Shown here: in pieces, positions 34,104 through 46,000 of the stretch
Numbering within the stretch: position 1 is the first letter of the stretch
How the letters are laid out: every line of letters starts with the position of its first letter
Assembly (NCBI GenBank): GCA_023515795.1
Contig: JALGPX010000005.1
Location: 1 to 64,000, forward strand
Origin: Amoeboaphelidium occidentale
Taxonomy: Eukaryota
DNA: 64,000 nt
Direction of reading: 5' to 3'
Position numbers and translations under genes: made by a program
The notes under the pieces: model-generated
What the model was told of the DNA's origin: nothing
The model's input: the letters and a program-made list of their open reading frames with translations, nothing else
Databases searched by the model: none

Positions 34104-36106
34104 TTATATATCCACGTACTTTTGATCAATTAGTTTCAACCATTGTAAATCTACTCTGCTCAGATTTCTCATGTACTGCTTCGTGGTTAATGTGACTTCT
34201 GTGAATAGAACCACATCTGGTTTAACATTGAAGAGAACACTAGAAGGGTGAATGTAAAGGATTTGATGATTGTAAAGCGATTTGTAACTTCCATCTTGTT
34301 GTTTCACTGCAATTTTCGTGAAAAAACCAGATAAGAACGAACAAAGGATCCTTTCAGTTAAAGGCATCTTCTTAGCTTCTTCCTTTGGATTTGTATCAAG
34401 CAAATCCTTGTTCTTGTCTGCGTATTCCAACAATTGTTTTCTAATGTCCATCACATGCTTCAAGCTTCGCGTGTTAATGAAGTGCTGTTTTAGCCATTCA
34501 GAATCTTTATCGCAAGTTGCTAAATACCCTTGCAGTACATTAAATAATGTAAGCACATCACCGTCATTACTTATAAACACTTTTCTAGCTTCAAGAGCCT
34601 CATCTCTCTGATTTTGAGCGGTGTAGAACAAAGTCTCAACTGACAGAAGAGATATTATATCAATGATTTCTCTGGTGCAACCAAATGAAGATGATTCAAT
34701 AAGTACTCGGGAGAATGGTGGATCAAGAGGAAAACTTGCCATTCTCTTTCCAAGTGGAGTCAAATTCTGCTTATCATCCAACGCTCCCAGGGCAAGCAAT
34801 TGCTCAAGAGATGTTACCAGTGAATCTCTGCATGGCTTGTCAATAAAATCAAAATTGATAACATCCTCCACTCCGCTGGCTTTAAGCAAGAGTAAAACAT
34901 TTGACAAACTGCATCTTTTGATTTCAGGTTCATCGTCATCATTCAATGATTTAAAAGCACGCTCAGTATAAAGCCTAAAACAAATACCTGGAGCTTCACG
35001 ACCTGCTCTTCCAGCTCTTTGTCTTGCGCTGGCTTTTGAAATTGGATTGACAGCCAAAGTATCAACACCAGTTCTAGCAATATAACTACGAGTTTTTCTA
35101 AGACCACAATCAATAACGTATCGGATTCCGGGGATCGTAATAGATGTTTCTGCAATATTCGTAGCCAAGACCACTTTTCTACATCCAGATGGAGTTGCGT
35201 CGAATATTTGAGTTTGCTGCGCCGTTGGAAGATTAGCGAAAAGAGGTAATATTATCATCTTCATACAATTCTTTGGCAGAGATGTTAAGTTCTGCTTCAG
35301 AAGCTTCTCCACAGATTCAATTTCTTCCTGTCCAGTTAAGAACACCAATATGTCGCCTTTTGGCATTTCCTTGTGAATTTGAAATAAGGAAATCAAGCAG
35401 GCGTCAATATAATCCGACTGAGGCTCTCTTGTGACCATAAGTTTGACTTCGTGTTGTCTTCCTTCTACGTTAAGCACTTTGGCTTGATTGAAATATTTCG
35501 AAAACTTCTCAGCATTAAGAGTAGCAGACATGATCACGACTTTAAGATCCTTCCGCTTATCCATAATCTTCTTCATCATGCCAAATAAAACGTCCGTTCT
35601 TAATGTCCTTTCGTGCGCTTCGTCCAGAATAACGACTGAGTATTTACGCAACAAGCGATCACTAAGCAACTCTCTCAAAAGCGTTCCGTCTGTCATAAAC
35701 TTAATGCGAGTATCCTTAGATGTGACGTCCTCAAATCTTATGCTGTACCCGACTGTAGAGCCGAGATCACTCTCCAATTCCTGGCTCACTCTTTTAGCGA
35801 GAGAAATCGCAGCCACACGTCTTGGTTGTGTACACGCAATGCAGCCCTTCTTTGCTAAGCCAGATTTATAAAGAAACTGCGGAATCTCTTAAATATCAGC
35901 GTTTCTAATTAAGCTACAAGATGCTTACGCGTTGTTTTTCCGGATCCTGTTTCTGACATGATAATCACGGCCTGGTTCTCTCTCACGGCTTTTATGATCT
36001 CCGATTTGGCGGAATGTATCGGCAAGTCGTTAATTGCATCAAAATCCACGCCCGCAATTGCAGCTTTCTTCTTGCTTTGCTCTTTATCGAAATCAACGAT
36101 TCTCAT
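34104..36106 (-). CDS. DHX33: DEAH-box RNA helicase DHX33/Dhr2-like
   Basis: [37 protein letters not shown]. Confidence 0.88.
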
Positions 36107-36142
36107 AACATCGAAAAATTTGTGTGGAGTCTGATTCGGAAT

Positions 36143-39100
36143 CTATTCATCAAAGTCTTCGTTAACCAACGGAAGCCTCGACGGATGTGACATGATCGCA
36201 GTGCTCAGATAGAATGCTTCCAAGAAGGAATCATCCAGCGACGTTTCTGCCGGAAGTGGGATAAATGTGATATCATCTGGAGAACTTAAACCAAGTTTGT
36301 TGATCTCATCGAATGAATTATGACCGCTTAACTTTGCTTTGTTCTTTCCCTTCATTCTCTTTATATCTGGCACCATTTCATACGCATTGCATTCTGGACA
36401 CACAAAAAAGTGGGAGCCTGAATGTCGCAACAAGCAGTAACAATGATAAGCATGATCACAGCCAAAAACAAAGATCAAAGAGCTTGTACTCGGTGGAGCT
36501 TTCAATACAGGAAGAGCGATCTCTGGAAAATGCGAGAATGCTTGCATCGATTCTTTCTTGTATAATTTTGATGCAGCCATCATTATCTGTTCTACATGTT
36601 CCCAAGCCAAAGTGTCACCCTCGATCTTTTCGGAGAGAGAGCAGGAGCATAAAGCGCAACCCTTAGTCAGTATATCTTTAGACGGCTTTAAACAATTCTT
36701 GAACACTCGAACCCTTTTGAGTAAACAATCGAACAGGTCGGACTTTGTAATGCGAGACACAGTTGTATTGACTGTAGAAAGATCTTTGAGAACGTTCATA
36801 ATTGTCGTCAAAACTCCCATAATCTCTTCGGTCATTTTTTGTCGAAGCAGTTTTTGTGCTATATCAAATACAGAATCAAGCGTTGAGACGGAAGTAAGAA
36901 TCTGATTAACTATGCGAGAGAATTGAGGCACTTTCTCCTTCAAGTGCATTTCCACCACATTCTGCAATAGCAAGTTCCAAATACTATCGATACGAGCGTA
37001 AGAGGAGTTCCTTGAAAGCAAAGAGAAGGCGAGTTTCATATAAAAATTGAAAGTTGCATGATTATCGCCAAGTGATTGTGAATCTCGCACTTTCTTCAAG
37101 ATAAACTCTGTTGCTGCTTCAAGATTTCCGGACTCCTCGTAGAGGAAAATAGTAACCTCGGGCAAATCAAATGAAGACAGGCCTTTCAATACAACATCAG
37201 CTCGGAAGAAATTGTCTAAACTTGCCTTTGCCCGAAAATCTTTTAAAATTGCAAGCAGTGAAAGCGGAGCAAACTTTGCGACTAAGCAAAGAAACTTCTC
37301 AATGACAAAATTAAGGCCGGGAGTAAACTTGTTTTCGCTGCCTTGAAATTTTAAAAGAACGATCTCTGCGACTTCTTTCAATAGTTCAAACATCACTTCT
37401 TCATTGTCAATCTTTTGTATCAACGTTGTGAAATCCTTTTCTGTAAAGCAGTTGAAGTAGAGAAAATCCGCAAGTCTCTTGTAATTTGAAAAGAATGAAG
37501 CTTTGCTTGCGACGCAAGTTATAATTGTTCTTTTGATTTGCTTCAACTTGGACGCGTTCTCTGGTTCATTGTTATCATGCGTGAGCGAATAGAAATAATC
37601 CAGCAAGTCTTCTTCAAGATCCAATTTAACCAAACAATCGAAGAGCTTTTCATAATTCTTTTCCTTAAGGTAGATAGCTTTCAAAAGTTTAAAGTAGCCT
37701 CGAGCTTCAATAATACTCCTGTACTTTCCAAAAATGCTTTCTGTTAGAGTATTAGTTCCTTTTCGGTAAAGAATGATCAGAGAGAGTTCAATTTTTGAAC
37801 TTTGAGGACTTCCGTGTGAAAAGTTGGTAGCGTCTCCGAGCAGGTACTGCATGAATGTCTCTGTGGTCTCCATGTTTGCCAAGATTTTTGTGTAATTAAA
37901 CTTGATTAAGAATCCAGCAATATCCAACTTAGTATCATTGTCATTCATCAACGCGTGGAACTTTTCCTCAAAAGTTCTAACAACTATTTCTGAGTACTGG
38001 TCAGGATAATTTATCAACAACACAGAGCAAGCGCTTAGAAACTCTTTCGCGTTCAATTTCATAAGTTTATCCACAAGATCGGATGAAGTATTGTCGAAAA
38101 GATGATTGATCACTGAGTTCATACCATCCGATATGCGCTCAGAGCTATTAGGCATAACCAGAAGTTCAGTCGGAAACTGCTTCATGTTGAAAAGGAAGAT
38201 AAGATAAAGAAATATGACAGACTTCTCTGCAACATCTTGCTCCGCTGAATACCCTTGCGCGGACTCACAGCTAACAATAAAATCGATGGGCCCAGTATAA
38301 TCGTTCAGAATTCCAGAATACAAAAATATAAGAAGCTTGAAAAGCCTGTGCGTTTTGCTGATTCTTGATAAATAATCCACATCGACAAGATTATTTGCAG
38401 CAATAGCGACTAGGGCATCTTGAAGCTCGTTAGTCCTCCTAATGTCTTTTGTAGATGTCATATACAGAACCAAATCCTGAATGAAATCATTAGATAACTT
38501 GTCAAACTTCAAAATTTTGCCACCTGCAATATACCTCATAACTTGTTCCAGAAAACAATCTTTCAAATGTTCTTGTTGTAGCATAGATGCAATTTTTCTG
38601 TAAACTTCTTCGATATTACTTCCAATACTTATTAAAGATTCAACTAAAAAGGACATTTCATTGGTATCGTTCTGAATGGATGGTTTTGTCATGTATTCAA
38701 AAATCGCGTCCTCAAGATACGTTCGAAGAGAAGCAGATTGTTCTCGAGGAGAGTACCAAACCGCTAAATCTTGCTCATTGTATAGTCGAACTCCCGTGCT
38801 AATCGCTTCGTGCAAAGAATTCTCTTTGCTTTTGCCTCTGTATGTTGCAGTTTTAATGATTTCTAGTCGCTCATTATAATTAAGAAGACTCCATATAATA
38901 ATCGACTCATTCGAAAGAACAAAGATCCTTCTAAGAAATAGAGATGAGTCTACGAAACCATCAACAGAGGGAACATCAAACTGTGCTTTTTCGATAACTT
39001 TCAAATCATTAGAGGCCCTGTCCTTCGGCAATCCCAATATAATTACATCAGTCTTTGTGAATATAGAGATAAGTCTTTCATTTAAAACGTAAAAGGCGAT

Positions 39101-40507
39101 GATTCTAATTGAGCCAACTAATTCTTCCGATGCAGCCAAATTAAACGCATCATAGTTAAGTATTTGATCGTCCTCATATAATAAAGAATATACAACATTG
39201 TTCCATCCATAAGAGATAACATGCTTCCGGGAATCAAGAGATTTTGAGGCTTTAGATGAAGAAACTCCCAGAAATGTGTTGAAATTACTATCTTGGTGCG
39301 GATTGTAAACCTTGTACAAGTTATTAATTTCTCGTTTGCGCCGATTTCCAAGAGCTACCAATGTGAACTCGTTAGCGTTAATAAAAGCGGCATAATCACC
39401 AATCCCGTCGGAAAAGCATGAAACTTTCGTTGGATAAACTATCCTTTCTTTGCTTTGCGAGTAGCCCTGATTAATTTGCAGCATTTCCACAGACGTAAAT
39501 GACCTGATTCTACACAAGAAAACATTACCCTTCTCTGTACCACCAATAAACTCATTTTGACTTATGGAAACCGTAGAAGTTATATTTTCTTTGCATTTGT
39601 TCTTCACCAAATAAATTCGAAACAAGATCTCGTTGCGAATAGACTGGGAAGATTTTATATCGAGTGATACAAATCCAATAACTGTATTTTCATAAGATAC
39701 AACAAGAGTATTCTTCTTTTTCATTAGAGCCATCGTTTTAACTCCGCCGCTCTTAATTGCTTGAGATTCGTCACCCAAACATGACACAAATTTCTGTTTG
39801 AAATCGAACACCAACACAAAACCTCTAGACGTCCCAACAAATATATATCCGATACCAACTTCAATCGCTGTGACTAGCCCAACCTTGTTTTTAACTTCAA
39901 ATGATGAAAGCATAGATGATATCTTCTCAAGTGCAGTCAATCGATACATTCCATCCTCTTGAACACCATTGAACTCTGTAGCACCATCATCATCGCTTGT
40001 AAAATGATCATTATTAACAGAAACTGTTGAGTGCGTTGCTTCAAAAAGATCTCTAACTATAGACGACTTAACGGACTTGTGATCATCTTCCCATTCCGAT
40101 GTTTGCGCCATGCTCGTATCATCCTTTGTGGAAGGGCTAAGTGGTGATATATCATCAACTTCCATAGCCCCTTCAGCCAGAATATTCTCCAAGTTCAGAT
40201 AACCACTGGATTTAAGTTCAGCGTCCATAAATTGTTCATACACTCTGATTTCTATGCGTACCTTTTCAAGCAGCTTCGTAAACTTCTTTAGCTCCAAAGA
40301 ACCACTCTGATTTCTCTTTACTGAAGCAGATTTCGAAGTCAAATGTGCGGCTGAAGATATCGCTGCCATTATCTGAACTTTCAGCTCTTCCAAGCTTTCC
40401 TTGGCTTTCTTCAAAGAATTTAACTCCACAGTCGGCAGCTCAGTCTCATCTATTTTAAGCGAAACAAATCTGTTGGCAAGAGTTGTGTAAAGCGAAGAAT
40501 TATTCAT
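36143..40507 (-). CDS. VPS8: CORVET subunit Vps8-like
   Basis: Beta-propeller start (IFVGTSRGFVLVFDFKQ), alpha-solenoid with DYTGP, C-terminal RING-H2 (CDHAYHCYC...CPEC). Confidence 0.75.
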   Translation of the reverse strand: MNNSSLYTTLANRFVSLKIDETELPTVELNSLKKAKESLEELKVQIMAAISSAAHLTSKSASVKRNQSGSLELKKFTKLLEKVRIEIRVYEQFMDAELKSSGYLNLENILAEGAMEVDDISPLSPSTKDDTSMAQTSEWEDDHKSVKSSIVRDLFEATHSTVSVNNDHFTSDDDGATEFNGVQEDGMYRLTALEKISSMLSSFEVKNKVGLVTAIEVGIGYIFVGTSRGFVLVFDFKQKFVSCLGDESQAIKSGGVKTMALMKKKNTLVVSYENTVIGFVSLDIKSSQSIRNEILFRIYLVKNKCKENITSTVSISQNEFIGGTEKGNVFLCRIRSFTSVEMLQINQGYSQSKERIVYPTKVSCFSDGIGDYAAFINANEFTLVALGNRRKREINNLYKVYNPHQDSNFNTFLGVSSSKASKSLDSRKHVISYGWNNVVYSLLYEDDQILNYDAFNLAASEELVGSIRIIAFYVLNERLISIFTKTDVIILGLPKDRASNDLKVIEKAQFDVPSVDGFVDSSLFLRRIFVLSNESIIIWSLLNYNERLEIIKTATYRGKSKENSLHEAISTGVRLYNEQDLAVWYSPREQSASLRTYLEDAIFEYMTKPSIQNDTNEMSFLVESLISIGSNIEEVYRKIASMLQQEHLKDCFLEQVMRYIAGGKILKFDKLSNDFIQDLVLYMTSTKDIRRTNELQDALVAIAANNLVDVDYLSRISKTHRLFKLLIFLYSGILNDYTGPIDFIVSCESAQGYSAEQDVAEKSVIFLYLIFLFNMKQFPTELLVMPNSSERISDGMNSVINHLFDNTSSDLVDKLMKLNAKEFLSACSVLLINYPDQYSEIVVRTFEEKFHALMNDNDTKLDIAGFLIKFNYTKILANMETTETFMQYLLGDATNFSHGSPQSSKIELSLIILYRKGTNTLTESIFGKYRSIIEARGYFKLLKAIYLKEKNYEKLFDCLVKLDLEEDLLDYFYSLTHDNNEPENASKLKQIKRTIITCVASKASFFSNYKRLADFLYFNCFTEKDFTTLIQKIDNEEVMFELLKEVAEIVLLKFQGSENKFTPGLNFVIEKFLCLVAKFAPLSLLAILKDFRAKASLDNFFRADVVLKGLSSFDLPEVTIFLYEESGNLEAATEFILKKVRDSQSLGDNHATFNFYMKLAFSLLSRNSSYARIDSIWNLLLQNVVEMHLKEKVPQFSRIVNQILTSVSTLDSVFDIAQKLLRQKMTEEIMGVLTTIMNVLKDLSTVNTTVSRITKSDLFDCLLKRVRVFKNCLKPSKDILTKGCALCSCSLSEKIEGDTLAWEHVEQIMMAASKLYKKESMQAFSHFPEIALPVLKAPPSTSSLIFVFGCDHAYHCYCLLRHSGSHFFVCPECNAYEMVPDIKRMKGKNKAKLSGHNSFDEINKLGLSSPDDITFIPLPAETSLDDSFLEAFYLSTAIMSHPSRLPLVNEDFDE

Positions 40508-40722
40508 TAGAAGTGCTTTGAAGCAATACAACGATCGCGACAGGTTTCGAAGATTGTGGCAAACAATAAGGAGATCGTTTCGAACTTCAAGAGATTATTG
40601 GCGAGTGGCGCCGCGTAAGTACAGCTCTGCTACGAAAGAGCGCTTTACTACTGAGATCGCTTGTTCGAAGGGTCTATTTCTTAATGTAGCGTGTTTCGAT
40701 TAGCGACCTACAACCAGTTGAA

Positions 40723-41683
40723 TTACTTCCTTATTTCAGGTTCTGTGCCATCAATTTCAAGCGATAGAGTTGAAGAGTAAAGCATATCTGAAGGCACCGA
40801 AGTTTTTGGCTTGAAATGAATAGGAGCCTGTTTCGATTGCGACGACGAGAACAAAGCCAATAAATGCTGCACAATCATGTCAATAGCAACAGAGTTCTTC
40901 TCTGCATTAGGCACAACAATATCAGCAGTCTTCTTTGTCGGTAAAACAAATTCTTCAAAAGAAGGCTTAACATATCGACAATATTCCGTGAGCACATCGC
41001 CTACTTTACGCATATACTTTTCTGAGTCTCTTAAAACACGCTTACATAGTCTAAGATCTGAATCTTCCTCAACAAATACTCTGATATCAAACAGCTCTCG
41101 TATCTGTTTCTGGTATAGCAACAATGAACCTTCCACGAGCACGACATCAGCAGATTCCAACTGAGTCCATTCTGATAAGCGCGATCTTTTAATGAAACTG
41201 TAGTTTGGTACTTTTGCAGAGCTTTTTACTTGTAAAGTTTGTAAAGTGTTGAGAAGAAGCTCAAAGTCCAGAGCATCAGGATGATCGAAGTTAAATCTGT
41301 TCTCTTCAATCAGCACACTTTCTTCCGCAGTCCATTCCCTGTAAAAGTGGTCCATCGAGAGGAGCTGGACTTTAATGCCTGGCCTTTGTGTTTCTANNNN
41401 NNNNNNNNNNNNNNNNCTGTTCTCTTCAATCAGCACACGTTCTTCCGCAGTCCATTCCCTGTAAAAGTGGTCCATCGAGAGGAGCTGGACTTTAATGCCT
41501 GGCCTTTGTGTTTCTAAAGATGCCTGGACCATTTTACACACTTCCGACTGATCAATTTAGTTATCACGATCGAAGGGACAGATTACTTTTCCTGAGCATG
41601 AGCCACCTGCGATTCCTACGCAAGAGAATTAGAATCATTCCGAGACGACACGTGAAATTGTTACCGACCAAGATTGTGCGCAT
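40723..41683 (-). CDS. URK1: uridine-cytidine kinase
   Basis: Spliced MRTILVG|IAGGSCSGK|SEVC; NFDHPDA, VKPSFEEFVLPTK. Contains an N-gap duplication. Confidence 0.9.
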
Positions 41684-41719
41684 TGTCACTGTACGGAAAA
41701 TTTTGCCTTTTGATTTGTG

Positions 41720-43041
41720 ATGCTGCAGAAATCTTTCGATGTGGTCTTTCCTGGAACGGAGCAGAGCAGAGTGCGGCTGTTTACGTCTCATCTTCTAAAG
41801 ACTTTTTTGCAGTTTATTGGAGTGAAGCAGTGGCATATTTCAGAGATTGCAAGTAAATATCATCATAATCAGTCGATTCCCATGCTAAATTTAAGGCGCA
41901 TTGTGGTCGCAGTTGTGTAAAACAGAATATGAACAGAGACCACGCATTACAGTGGATAAATTGAAGGAATTAATATGCGAGCTCTTGAAGAAATATGGAT
42001 ACTTTGAGCCAGAAAATTCTCCAAGACTCGTTGATATAACGTTTCGATTGAAGACTCAGAGGCACGCGGTTTGTATTTTGTTGGGAGGCACTTCTGGTTG
42101 TGGTAAATCTACTTTGGCCTCGTTGCTGGCTAGTCGGTATGTTTTTGATTTGGTTCTGGCTGATTTTAAGATTGGGATTCACCACGCTGATGAGCACAGA
42201 CAATGTTAGAAGTGTCATGCGGAGTTTTAGCGATGAAAAGTCATGTCCTATTCTTTATGCATCTTCATATTCTGCTTACAGTAAGCTTAGCCTCGATAAA
42301 GAGGAAAGTCATGCCGCGCGAGTTATTGATGGTTTCGAAGCACAAAACAATTTCTTAAAGGATCGCTTGGTTGAGCTGCTGCGGTGTTTCCGTGAAAGGA
42401 ATGAATGCGCAATTATTGAAGGAGTTCATTTGTCAATATCATCTATGTTGAAACTTGTAAAGGAACTGTCTGTAAGTGATGATAATCATTCATTTCTGGT
42501 TATACCGTTTCTTGTATTCATTAGCAATAGTGGCAAGCACGCAGAAAGATTCGCTATAAGGGCAAAGTATATGACGCTGGAACCGAGGCAGAACAAATAC
42601 ATTGATCAATTCAACAATATTAGGATAATTCAAGAATATTTATGCAGTGAAGCAGATAAAGCCAATATTCCCAAGATTGATAATACAAACGTCGATAAAA
42701 GTATAGCGTTAATCCAAGAAACTGTTCTTAATTACTTGCTGCGAATGGATTGCACGAATACTGAAGATTCTGATTTGTCCTTGTTGCATTCGAGCTTTAC
42801 TGCAGCGATTGACAGATATGGATGGAAATCTAAAGAAATGGCGAAACGGCTGCGATCTAAGCTGAATGGCGGAGAACAGCATGAAACAGAGTCATCAGGG
42901 AGGCAGCGGTCGTTGACACTTCCTATGACGGCTCATTCGGTCAAATTCAATAATCTAAATGGGTCTGCAGTAAAAGAGATGGAAGAGATTCTGATGTCTC
43001 TTAGCGAGAATTTGGAGGGCTTAGGATCTTTAGATTCGTAA
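41720..43041 (+). CDS. 2-phosphoglycerate kinase-like P-loop NTPase (plant LPA1-like), 3 exons
   Basis: LLGGTSGCGKSTLASLLASR|LG, STDNVR, IIEGVH, KHAERFAIRAKYMTL, DNTNVDKS. Confidence 0.85.
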
Positions 43042-43047
43042 TCTTTA

Positions 43048-46000
43048 TTACATGTATTTTGGAGTCTCATCAGTATAACAAGATGGACAAAATTTGTTTG
43101 ATTGTAAGAAACAATTCCAGTATTCTTTAATCGCTTTCTGTTTACAGTTTTTGCACTCCGTCAGACTCAAATCGCTCTCAGTAAATTTCATTCCACTTAC
43201 TATACAAGATTCTCCTTGCTTTATCGAATAACTCTTGGGAAAGATTTTTGCGAGGGAACTTACAGTCGCATTGACAGTCATGGATCTGTTTTCCAAAGAT
43301 AATGTCAGAACATGGTCCCTAACACTCTCGATAACATCGGAGTCAATAGAAGGGACTCTTCCTAACAAGAGCTTATCTCTTGAAACGCTTCCCAAATTAA
43401 ATTCTGTGCTGAAAGCAATGGAAAATTCCATTTGTTCGTTCTTATCAGGTTGCTCGTCTATCTTTTCAACAATATCGAGCATTTTGTTCCATGCCAAGAA
43501 TGTGACATAAAGATCATAATTGTTTGATTTGGAGAAATATCCAACTTCGTACATGATTCTGTCGATAGGAATAATAGTAGCAGCATATGAGAAGAGCGCG
43601 AGAGTTTGCTTGATAAGTAATTCGGTGACTGTTTTAGAGCTTGAGCCGTTTGATTTTGATCCTAGCAAGGCTTTTGTTTTCTTTCTGGTCGCGAGCAAAT
43701 GTACTAACCACAAGTTTGGATAATTCGACCAGAGCTTGAAGAGTTTTTTGGCCATTAATCCGTGTGCATCAACCAAAAACTTTGACAGTTTATCGTTGAT
43801 CATGGATGTATCTTTTGCAAAGAAAGATGCAGAATTTGGTGGAGTAAACATATTCTTGAAAAAGTTTCCCCAAAATTGGTTAAGAACATCAATAGGATAA
43901 TCCATATCTTTGATCAAATTCAAAATCAAATCAAAATTATCGAGTTTACAGGATAGTAATATTTGAGCTTTAGAATTCTTTGTGTCTTCTTCTTGAGACT
44001 TCTTTGCCCTTGTTAATTCCTGAAAATGTTTCTTCAGTGAGCTGTCTTTGGTATCAGCAATCTGTTTTGCTTCCTCGATCAGGCCAGCATTCACGTAACA
44101 TTCCATTGCCAACTTGTAGTCAAAAATCGAAGCATAGAGCTTTCCTGCTTCAAGATATTTTTGGATTGATACGTAATTTGTGGCAACGCTCTTGATAACA
44201 GAATCCATGTTTAGCTTATTTGATGGAATAGAAGCTAACTGTATTGCACTATTCCAGTCTTCGGCCTTTTTACTTCGCAATAATTCATCCACATGTTGTT
44301 TCAACTGATTTGCATCGAGTTTCTTGGAGTTCTTTGATCCTGCATACATATCTTGGGATGATGGCACTGGAACTCTTTCTGATCTCTGATCATCATTCGG
44401 TGTAGTCGCTGAGCTTAGATCGTCGTAAAGTTTAGGGCTATGTTCTTTAGCGAGCTGTAAAGCTTCATCTCTCCTGGAATCTCTAATTAACTGCTTTACA
44501 AGTAAATCAATTCCACCGGCTCTAATAAAAAGATAATCATATGCCTTTGTGTCTCTAAACTCTTTATACATTTCGAAGCCGATTCTCAACATCGTCTTGC
44601 AGCCAAGCTCATGATCTTTCTCAAGAAGTTGGCTAGCAATTTTCTCAGCATGCTTGAAATCCTTCTTCTCTAAATGCATGGCTATAATATCATCGTACAT
44701 GTTGAACTTTTCAAAAATTTCTCCGGCCAACACTCCTTTCGAGGGATCTGATGACATGCTTCGAGCAAGTTTCATCGCGGCCTCCTTGAAAAGGTTTTCA
44801 CTTACACCAAGAATATCCGCTGGGTGTGAAACAACAATCATAAGAAGCTGTTCATCATTCTTCTCAATAGCGATTCGGATTATGGGCTCAAATCCAATGT
44901 TATGTCGAGAAAGAATGTTAATTGCATCTTCAATTCGACTGGATTCGTGAACTAGAACGTTTCTTATCCAAAGATATAAAATCTGAGAGATAATTGCATT
45001 TCCATTTCCTGAGTAAGTTCTGCCGACTCTTACGGCCTCGCTAAACATTTTATGTGTCACATACATGTTGATAACTTTCTTCAAGCCAGAACCAGTCGAG
45101 TTGTTGCTATTGTGAATGTAAAATCTTTCAGCATCACGGTACATCTTTCGTTCTTCCATTAAGCGACCAACTAAATCTATAGTTTTCTCAATTATTTCTG
45201 GGCTGGACCCATAAAATTTTCGAACGAGCCGCATCATGTCATCGTATAATTCTCTGTCTTTGTACATTTCAATGGCTGCATCATGATTTTGAGTTAAACA
45301 GAATATGTCTTCTGCTTTCCTCAAAGCTTCCGAAGAGGTTGGCTGCCCTAAAAGAGCTTGACATTGTTCCATTAGAATTTTCATGCCCTTGTCATTGTTC
45401 ACTTCAACAGCCTTTTTATACTGTTCATTACGAATAAAGAATTGCATAAGTTCAGTCTCATATCGTTCTTTGTTGACATTATACATCAATAGTTTATAAT
45501 AGTACTCGCATTTGTCCCAAGATTTTTGTTTTGAGTAGTACTCAATGAGCTCAGTAAAGTAATCCACAAATTTAACAACATCACTTGAATTAAAGCTTTT
45601 TCTTGAAATGTAATACTCTTGAAGTATTTCTCCAAGCCTTTTGTAAGACTTGCTTTGTCTAGCAATCGCCAAAGCTTTCTCAATTTTAAGTGCATCAAGG
45701 TATTGATTAATTGCATTTTCAAAGTCATGCTTCTCGTTTGCAAGGTAGTCGCCAAATTGTTCCCGAATTACGCTCTCTTTTTCAGGGAAGCTCTTCCTGA
45801 CTAGTTCAAGAGCTTTTGGAAACTTTTTACATTTAATCAAACTTGCCAGTGCATTGTCCAATAATCCTTGTTTTACTTGAAGTTCAGCCAGGAAAGAATA
45901 GTTCTCAAAATTCTGCAACATCTCCGAAATTGCTGCTACTTCGTTTGAGTAAGAGGAGCTTTTGATAAGATTCTGTTTTTCAAGTAGCTTGTATGCAGAA

